A stretch of 64,000 nt of DNA, taken from NCBI GenBank assembly GCA_049671145.1, contig JBATUM010000185.1, positions 1,828 through 65,827 on the forward strand, read 5' to 3'. The notes beneath the pieces are model-generated. The model saw only the letters and a list, made by a program, of their open reading frames with translations, did no database searches and was not told the DNA's origin. This stretch comes from Promethearchaeia archaeon (GTDB taxonomy: Archaea > Asgardarchaeota > Lokiarchaeia > Sigyniarchaeales > SOKP01). Below are positions 44,801 to 50,892 of the stretch, piece by piece. A program made the translations under genes and the position numbers. Position 1 is the first letter of the stretch; the number at the start of each line of letters is the position of its first letter.

Positions 44801-45658
44801 TTTAGTAAAGACTTAAGTAAAAAAATGATTACTTATCTGTATAAAGAATTTATTTACCCTAGTGGCAAATCTACACATCCAGTTAGTTCAGATTATTTTA
44901 TAGACCAAGTACTCATCTTGGGTGAAGTTCTCAAAAGCTTGAATAATTATTACGAGCCAGAGACATTTAAGGAAAATCTAAAAGCTCTTCTCAATAGCAG
45001 AGAGTTTCGTTCTTATAATAATTTAGGTGGTTCTCAAAAGCAAGAATTCATTAATAACCTAATTAAAAATGTATGGAAAAATTCATATGAAAGTTTATGT
45101 TTAGAATTACTTTACAAAGAATTCACATACCAAGGTAAGGAAGCATTATATTACAAACCAGAAGATGTGCTTATTGAGAAAACGACTTGTACAACTGTTT
45201 TAAAAAGTCCTGGAGATAACTTTTTCCAACCTACTGAAATTTATCTAACTTTTGGTGAACATGAATTTAAATTTGATAAACGTGCTGGAAATGGTATAAT
45301 ACATATTTTTGCAGGACATTGGGCTGATTTCGCTAGATTACATCCTGATCTTAATACTCCTGAAGCCATAGCAAAATTCATATTTGAACTAATTAAGTCT
45401 CAGAAGGGAGTCGTTATGGAAGATGGAGGTAAAATAGTATATGCATTCCGATTTAAAGGGGAACAAAAAGTCCGTTATGTAGAACTTTTAGTTGATGATG
45501 GAGGACCAATGGGTCCAGAAGGTAGATTACATACAGCATATCCAGTAGATCTTACAAAATCCAAATATAAAGATAAATATATAGAATACAGAAATTATTT
45601 TATAAGACATTCAAATCTAATTCAAAATGATATAGACTTAAAAAATATACTAGTATAA
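41867..45658 (+). CDS. 5'-truncated paralog (orphan module) of the giant gene's 3' end, with a distinct CT3 domain
   Basis: The 1,263-codon ORF has only a TTG start. Its first about 500 aa are collinear with giant residues encoded at about 32520-34290. Decayed, frame-broken homology continues upstream (41700-41866). The C-terminus carries a third variant of the CT domain. Confidence 0.7.
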   Translation: MLWDNLLSMGASDPDVFVALDFDDLNLDYFLMTSELPAYNFRPGYSYPNTNNLDNVYHTYAVNTLGYVEYLVQHSSNNQFDTIRPVCKDGRPQYEFVERDSYDKVLPQSVLYQPIVLDQYRFSQLRPQLGHLIVNVQCRPHDYNNSIGINPYVMNAVEADVYKAKIPLFQHEFDYPVQNVYIDIVKSNPEYENGILSNLNLKYLAQDIYVNESYYAFEQGQLYFTAPIETLITQKYPHYRTALKDIWRIEGMNSKVYYRLHVYFDVFVPDLTEETHRLALAQASSYAIMDYFNQYTYAEVTANMISEIAYTETVTFWSTIISAPMMMFGSYLVEGLEEGIARAGVQMALTTLTAPIKEVFQEIIMDGFIEAFAENFADIMGWSDDVGYWLSALATSGRETLLGPLGKLTWGKIREMTKLDLEIKNTVKLMQQATQSQDTDTANKLRQTLEDLYRQQSEARQQKEQEKKTWKKLLASDFFKGVLMTIPSAFIGGFNIFSFMGMQNMLSGTLSHINIKTFSKIRAVQQASRRGKLQHILDEYGIEGDVLSRNIESNLKQPTDIDGEALHNLFKEQNEEDLPGVKNTIVFNPNPKAAKTVEKINIPNKFEEIRLANWVDELTKDYKFEDKKKISDQVSKTTNNVEETELKSDIMIGDLYEGLFYQFNKIRIGNLYHEFYATGTLQTDGKKVSKLLYSKQLITDAIIMLSSTKYKGVPIIIDQEINFIVLEAIIAKIKEGHTITQLERIIMDIGIFIEGRYDIIGKVNSASDFNEKFFEKTKRNVKKLGILKVIGRSMFGKLKPGAKVAYEIKNEGEVYNVDDIIVFYRDGVKIVHRVEYIFESNGEIFYVTEGVNSDTNPYVDSDLVSNDQVIGRVTEMSEQDLSALIEMAEQGKVPSIEGLGMSNALEKVYQSLYKTSKSLRNMRDNPIGLTREQLLDFVINKISEINVEAFTDIDKVKEARIRILTTCYEMIERNIYSWFSKDLSKKMITYLYKEFIYPSGKSTHPVSSDYFIDQVLILGEVLKSLNNYYEPETFKENLKALLNSREFRSYNNLGGSQKQEFINNLIKNVWKNSYESLCLELLYKEFTYQGKEALYYKPEDVLIEKTTCTTVLKSPGDNFFQPTEIYLTFGEHEFKFDKRAGNGIIHIFAGHWADFARLHPDLNTPEAIAKFIFELIKSQKGVVMEDGGKIVYAFRFKGEQKVRYVELLVDDGGPMGPEGRLHTAYPVDLTKSKYKDKYIEYRNYFIRHSNLIQNDIDLKNILV
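44237..44494 (+). other. Sec11/S26B signal-peptidase-like (S24/S26 fold) domain embedded in the orphan module
   Basis: The boxes occur in the canonical order: GRSMFG (box B, Ser), DDIIVF (box C), KIVHRV (box D, His), VTEGVNSDTNPYVD (box E, diverged from TKGDNNxxxD), then QVIGRV. Confidence 0.55.
45265..45655 (+). other. CT3 putative toxin domain (divergent member of the CT1/CT2 family)
   Basis: FKFDKRAGNGIIHIFAGHW...PEAIAKFIFELIKSQ...EGRLHTAYPVD aligns with CT1 FWLELGNQFSGFEHILYD...REDIATLILNTIKTQ...SNGYIISAYPQ. Confidence 0.5.
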
Positions 45659-45728
45659 AACTAAAATTAATAAACTATTATCTCTATCTATTTTTTTAAT
45701 TAGGATCAAAAATCAATCTGATGTTATT

Positions 45729-46568
45729 ATGGGTTTTTATAAAATAGACGGAAAAAAATATGAGGTAAAAAAAGATTATATCAATCTATATGAATGTGGA
45801 TTAAATTTAATTCGTGATATTATTGGTTTAGACCAACTGGTAAATTTAAGAGCTTTATTGTTAGAACGTAACAATATTAGTGATATCGAAGGATTGGAAA
45901 ACCTTATAAATTTAAAAATTTTAAACTTAGAGGATAATCATATTAATGAGATTAAGGGATTAGAGAAACTTACAAATTTAGAGACATTGAAATTGAATAT
46001 TAATTCAATAAGTAAAATAGAACAAATTGAAAATTTAACGAATTTAATAGAATTAAACTTAAGTTCAAACAATATTAAAATAATAGAAGGACTTACGAAA
46101 TTGATAAAATTAGAAAAATTATCTTTGGCAAATAATCAAATTTCCAAAATTTCTGGTTTAAATTCGTTAAAAAATCTCTCTCTATTAACTTTAGATTCTA
46201 ATAAAATCACAAAAATAGAGAATCTACCCATATCAAAAAAATTAGAATCTTTAAGTTTAGGTGATAATAAAATCACTGAAATTTCTGGCTTAGATAATTA
46301 CAGGAATTTGATACTTTTATATTTAAGAAATAATAAGATTAGTGAAATTACGGGTTTAAAATCTCAGAATAATTTGGAATATCTTGATTTAAGCAATAAT
46401 AATATTAAAGAGTTAAAGGGATTAGAGAGGATGACAAAATTAACTCAATTAGAATTTGGTGGAAATTTAATAGATCCTAATTTGATTGAAAAATTAGGTG
46501 GTTTAGATAGAAGTGGATGTGCATTACAACCTCAAAAGTTTGTTGAATATTGTAGAAAAAATAAATAG
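45729..46568 (+). CDS. Leucine-rich repeat protein (about ten 22-aa LRRs, SDS22/internalin-like)
   Basis: The unit LxxLxxLxLxxNxIxxIxGLxx repeats regularly, for example LENLINLKILNLEDNHINEIKG and LEKLTNLETLKLNINSISKIEQ. No TM segment or signal peptide is visible. Confidence 0.85.
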   Translation: MGFYKIDGKKYEVKKDYINLYECGLNLIRDIIGLDQLVNLRALLLERNNISDIEGLENLINLKILNLEDNHINEIKGLEKLTNLETLKLNINSISKIEQIENLTNLIELNLSSNNIKIIEGLTKLIKLEKLSLANNQISKISGLNSLKNLSLLTLDSNKITKIENLPISKKLESLSLGDNKITEISGLDNYRNLILLYLRNNKISEITGLKSQNNLEYLDLSNNNIKELKGLERMTKLTQLEFGGNLIDPNLIEKLGGLDRSGCALQPQKFVEYCRKNK

Positions 46569-46628
46569 TTTCTAATTAAACTTTCTTTCCTTTACCTCCC
46601 TCCCCTGTGGTGCCCCCTCCTGAAAAAG
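46563..46628 (+). repeat. GC-rich direct repeat, copy B
   Basis: AAATAGTTTCTA...CTCCCTCCCCTGTGGTGCCCCCTCCTGAAAAAG. It is the partner of copy A at 39025-39078. Confidence 0.6.
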
Positions 46629-46725
46629 TAAGCGAAAAAAATTATTTTGAATTAGAACCTCTATTTTAAGAAATTTGAAACACACTAAATTTTTATTAAT
46701 CGGTTAATTCTATAAAAATGAAGAT

Positions 46726-47316
46726 ATGACTAAAAATATTGATTTACATACCCAACTTGTATTGAAGTTATTAAATGGGTTAAATTCTAAACCGATAGAT
46801 GGAAAAATAAAATTCCAAAAGATAGCTTTCTTGGTTTTAAGGAATTTTGAAGAGATATTTGAGTTTTTTGATTTCAAAGCTCATAGATTTGGTCCTTATA
46901 GTGAATCTTTGAATTATACTTTAGAAGAAGTTAAGAACAAGGAAGAAGCACAAATAGAGAAAGATACAATAAAAATTACTGAAAATGGGAGAAAAAAATT
47001 AAATGAATTAGAATCCATTACAGAGTTAAGCGAGAAAGAGAAGAAAAATAAGGAATTAATTGAAAAAGCAATTGAAAATATAAAGGAAGACTTTATCAAT
47101 TTCACCAGTGATGAGATGTTAGCTTTTATTTATAAAAGTTATCCTAACTACATAAGTGATTCTATTGTAGCCGATAAAATGGACTATGAGAAAATATTTC
47201 TTGAGTTATATGATAAAGGTGAATTAGGAATATCAAAAATTGCTGAGTTAATGGACTGGGAGTTTCAAGATGCATACGATTTTATAAAAAAGAACACCAA
47301 GTTACAAATCTTATGA
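46726..47316 (+). CDS. Putative antitoxin (C-terminal UPF0175-like HTH; N-terminal Panacea/DUF4065-like region)
   Basis: The C-terminus GELGISKIAELMDWEFQDAYDFIKKN resembles the UPF0175 HTH that partners with PIN toxins. The N-terminus KFQKIAFLVL...FKAHRFGPYSESL resembles the Panacea pattern. The stop overlaps the PIN gene start (ATGA). Confidence 0.45.
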   Translation: MTKNIDLHTQLVLKLLNGLNSKPIDGKIKFQKIAFLVLRNFEEIFEFFDFKAHRFGPYSESLNYTLEEVKNKEEAQIEKDTIKITENGRKKLNELESITELSEKEKKNKELIEKAIENIKEDFINFTSDEMLAFIYKSYPNYISDSIVADKMDYEKIFLELYDKGELGISKIAELMDWEFQDAYDFIKKNTKLQIL

Positions 47317-47804
47317 TAGTAACAAAACTCTTTGATACAGTCGTTTTAATAAATATTCTCCAAGATATTGATATTGAAGATATATTACTCAACTGGGGTG
47401 AAAATCCTAGCTATGACCAATGGACTTCTTATGAGGTAAACCTAGAAGTTCAGAAGAAAGCAAGAATCAAGCTTGATAAATTGATTACTGATAATGTTAT
47501 AAGAATCTTCAATCAAGCACCTCAGAATAATCTTAAACAAATTCAAGGTTTTAACCCTAAATTATCAATAGCTGACTGTTCTCTAATATATCACTATACA
47601 AGGGTAAATAACGTTATATGTTTAACAAATGATTTAGACCTTAGAAAGTATTTCATTAAAAACAATTTTAGGTTATCAGGGACTAATGGGATTTATTTAA
47701 AAGTACTAAAAGATGGTAATTTTCCCAAAGATATCATTGAAGAAAAATTTAAAGATTTAAAAAACGACTCTCGGGTGTTTCCGCAACCTGAAATTAATAA
47801 CTAA
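47313..47804 (+). CDS. PIN-domain toxin (VapC/DUF3368-like)
   Basis: An N-terminal Asp is present in LFDTVVLINIL. Later acidic positions occur in IADCSLIYHY and ICLTNDLDLRKY (the T-x-D motif). The 4-nt start/stop overlap with the upstream gene is typical of TA pairs. Confidence 0.6.
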   Translation: MIVTKLFDTVVLINILQDIDIEDILLNWGENPSYDQWTSYEVNLEVQKKARIKLDKLITDNVIRIFNQAPQNNLKQIQGFNPKLSIADCSLIYHYTRVNNVICLTNDLDLRKYFIKNNFRLSGTNGIYLKVLKDGNFPKDIIEEKFKDLKNDSRVFPQPEINN

Positions 47805-49009
47805 AAATCATAAAGAGATTTTGTTTTTATAAAATTATCTAACCAATTTACCTTATTTCTTATCTGGTCTTTAATACCAATTTTATTTACTAAGATCTTA
47901 AGTGTAGGCTCGTTATTTTTAATTTTCTGATGTAAAGTATTCATTTCTAAATTTAAATTAGCATAATTGAATTTCTTTTGGAAAGTATTTCTTTTTATGT
48001 ATGTTGCAGTGGTAAAGTTTTGAAAACTTGGTTGGATTAACGGATTTGGAAAAATATTATTGAATTCAACTCTATTAGAAATCCTATAGTAATTATACTC
48101 ATCTGTATTTAACAAATTAGTGTTAACTTTAATAATGGTTTTAGCAGGTCTTTTTGTTTTTTTCTTTTTTGGAATTTTTGTTGTAGCACTTCCTCCTGAT
48201 AAATGATTAATTCCTAAGATATCTGTTCCAACTGAGGGAGTTAGTAGATCTTCTGCCGGAAAAGGATTATATCTATTTCTGTTTGAAGGAATTCTTAAAT
48301 TTATTACATATTTAATAGTTTCTTCTAATTTTGTTTTATCAATATCATAAAGTGTTCTAAAAACTTGCGAATAATGAGGATAATATGCACTTAAACTGGA
48401 TCCATTAAAATCAAAACAAAACATCATTAAATCTAAGGATACAAACTTTTCAACAATTTTACGAATAAAAGCTTGAGGTATGGGAGGAATTATACCCATT
48501 ATAGGTTTGTTATTTAAAGTATCGGCAATTTTATGGCATTTATCAATGAAAACTAAATAATCTTGTAAGATTGAATTGCTATTAACAACTTCTCTCACAC
48601 CGTGAATGATTGGAAAAGTTACAATATCAGTATATAAATAACTAGCATCCATCATAAATTCAAGCAGTTTATCATCAAAAACTTTAAAAGGATTTCCCTC
48701 AATTTTCTTGTAGGAAGTTAAAAAGATTTTAGGTTTGTTTTTGACATTTCTAGTGTTTTTATTACGAAATCGATTTATTATTTTATCTCCAACTTTATTA
48801 TTAATAGGAGCATTTAAAACATCCTTTATGTTAAAAGTGCTCCAAAATTCATACAATTCATTAGAAAGAGAGGAAGGCATCGTTTCTTGAGAGATAGTAG
48901 GGTTTTTCACAGGAAAGGGTGTCTGAAATCTACGATTATTTATCTCTATTTCCTTTGCAAAGGAATAAATTTCATTATCTTTAGAAACACTTTTTATTCT
49001 TAAGGTCAT
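47801..49009 (-). CDS. Hypothetical protein (402 aa)
   Basis: A long ORF convergent with the PIN gene. It contains a basic patch, KKKKTKRPAKT. The N-terminal RRFQTPFPV faintly recalls the TGT/DpdA TP-x-F-x-P strand, but that is not sufficient for a call. Confidence 0.5.
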   Translation of the reverse strand: MTLRIKSVSKDNEIYSFAKEIEINNRRFQTPFPVKNPTISQETMPSSLSNELYEFWSTFNIKDVLNAPINNKVGDKIINRFRNKNTRNVKNKPKIFLTSYKKIEGNPFKVFDDKLLEFMMDASYLYTDIVTFPIIHGVREVVNSNSILQDYLVFIDKCHKIADTLNNKPIMGIIPPIPQAFIRKIVEKFVSLDLMMFCFDFNGSSLSAYYPHYSQVFRTLYDIDKTKLEETIKYVINLRIPSNRNRYNPFPAEDLLTPSVGTDILGINHLSGGSATTKIPKKKKTKRPAKTIIKVNTNLLNTDEYNYYRISNRVEFNNIFPNPLIQPSFQNFTTATYIKRNTFQKKFNYANLNLEMNTLHQKIKNNEPTLKILVNKIGIKDQIRNKVNWLDNFIKTKSLYDF

Positions 49010-49394
49010 TTAATTCTACTTTATTGATTTTATATAATAAAGTTAGTTAATATCACAATACTATATCAAAAACCTATAAAATTTATCATTGAGATTAATT
49101 ATTTTATGAATTTAATTTGTATAATGTTTGATATAAGTTTGTTGTTTTTAAAAAAAAAAAATGTGATTCTCTTCATTTTATTTTTAGTCTTAAATTTTAG
49201 AAGAAAGCACCGAAGCTTTTTAAATGATACTTTATCTCCCACTAAGATGAGTGAAAAATTATTAAAAGATGATTAGTTAACAAAAAAAAAGGAAAAGAAA
49301 ATCATTTTAGATGGAAATATAATTGATTTTTCTTTGAATAATCCTTAACTTTTGTTTATAGGGCAAAAACCAAAAGAGGAGTGTATGAAGACAT

Positions 49395-49523
49395 ATGGAA
49401 ATAGTAAAAGTCAATTCTGAAGAATTAGAAAATTATCCGATTGAAAATTTTATTGGCCATAGTAAACCCGGAACAGGTAAAACATCTTATGGCCTTTCCG
49501 CCATTTTTTTTATCTTTATTTAA
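49395..49523 (+). pseudogene. Truncated second copy of the helicase-like gene (N-terminal 42 codons)
   Basis: MEIVKVNSEELENYPIENFIGHSKPGTGKTSYG matches MEILKVNSEELVRYPVKNFIGKGTFNNKSSGTGKTWKSY of 39622-41094, then runs into a stop. Confidence 0.7.
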
Positions 49524-50077
49524 TATTGAATTAGAGATTATAATTGAAATTCTTTTATCTACTATTATCTCTGGCCAATTTTGATGTATAATTTTGATTA
49601 GCTGTTTTTGATACCATAAATTAAATTTACTAGAATGTTTTTTTATTTGTATAAAATAAGCGTTTCTTTTATCAAAACGTAATAAAAGCACAGGTCCTAA
49701 ACTCTTTATAAAGCCATCAGATTCTACTGTTATATTTAAATGAAGGTGATAAATTCCCCAGTCATTCAGAAATAGATCATTATAATCAAACTTTTTTAAT
49801 AATCGGCTTAAAAATGCAGTGGATCTTCACCATTTTTAATTTTTTGCTCAATTAATTGGATGGCACTTTTTTTATCAGGAGGACATAAGAATTCCTTTGA
49901 ATTTAAAATATTCCTTGGTATATTTTGAATTAAACGATTTTGAAGATTTAGATATTTAATACATATTTCAGTAGAATTGTTTAAATCTTTAATTTGATTT
50001 TTATAGTTAATCGAGGGCTGAAAACACTTTAATATTTTTAATCGTTTTTTAATAATCCTAACAAAGTCACTTTTCAT
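49425..50077 (-). pseudogene. Frameshifted and 3'-disrupted gene of unknown function
   Basis: Two consecutive minus-strand frames overlap at about 49808. The first is 50077-49808 and ends ...KNGEDPLHF*. The second opens at about 49830 and reads ...FDYNDLFLNDWGIYHLHLNITVESDG.... Its tail runs antisense through the helicase fragment. Confidence 0.45.
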
Positions 50078-50133
50078 CTATAGGTTTTTGGAACTTTTTC
50101 TTTAAATACTTTGATGATTTGATAGAGTCAATA

Positions 50134-50358
50134 ATGAATTACATTTTTATCAATGGTTATAAATTGAAGGGCATAAATGATTTAGTGTTTGAGTGTTTAA
50201 AACCCGAACTGGAATATATTTGAGGAAAAATTCAGAGTAGTTTAGAGAATGTTACAGATGAGACAAAAGAATATCAATCTGACATTATAGAGTCCTATAC
50301 TAAAGTGATTCATGAAATGCTGAAATACACTGAAGGTAAAGATTTTTTTAAGAGATAA
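50134..50358 (+). pseudogene. Small ORF interrupted by an in-frame TGA (50221-50223)
   Basis: MNYIFINGYKLKGINDLVFECLKPELEYI-TGA-GKIQSSLENVTDETKEYQSDIIESYTKVIHEMLKYTEGKDFFKR* ends 8 nt before the ATG at 50366. Confidence 0.25.
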
Positions 50359-50365
50359 ACCCATC

Positions 50366-50707
50366 ATGTCTGAAATAAAAATTTTTGAAAGAGCATTAGA
50401 AGATGTGTTATTAAATAAAACAGAACTTAATAATCTTAAATCTATTATTAAGGATGTAGCATCTGGAAAAGGCAGCGATAAATTTTTACGAGAGCAAATC
50501 ATAAAAAATCGTATAAACATTATAAAGGATCTTTTAAAGCTTTTTCCCTTTTTTACAACATCGGTAAGAGATACAAACAAGATTTCCATGCCAATTAATA
50601 CTTTACAAGAAGAGTTGCAGGAAAAAAATGCATTTTTAGAACAAGTTGGGCAAAGAATAAATAATATTTATAATAGACTTAAAAAACAAGACCACACTGC
50701 CCCCTAA
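50366..50707 (+). CDS. Small predicted coiled-coil protein (113 aa)
   Basis: ATG-initiated ORF with heptad-like charged sequence (LQEELQEKNAFLEQVGQRINNIYNRLKK). It lies upstream of the ATPase pair on the same strand. Confidence 0.45.
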   Translation: MSEIKIFERALEDVLLNKTELNNLKSIIKDVASGKGSDKFLREQIIKNRINIIKDLLKLFPFFTTSVRDTNKISMPINTLQEELQEKNAFLEQVGQRINNIYNRLKKQDHTAP

Positions 50708-50892
50708 ATAATGATTACTCAAAACACCAATTTTTAGAATTTTATTCAAAAACCTTCACATTACTTAGTTCTTCTTTTGGCCAATGATTTGTTTCAATCC
50801 AATTATCATCAACAAACTAACAGGTTGGAAATATCAAAACAATTTTTCATTTAAATATAATCAAAATTAATGAATTAAAAATAAGAATATAG

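Noticed and set aside
50221-50223. In-frame TGA read as selenocysteine or programmed read-through.
   Set aside because: No SECIS-like structure or selenoprotein context could be identified. A nonsense mutation in a decaying small gene is the simpler explanation.
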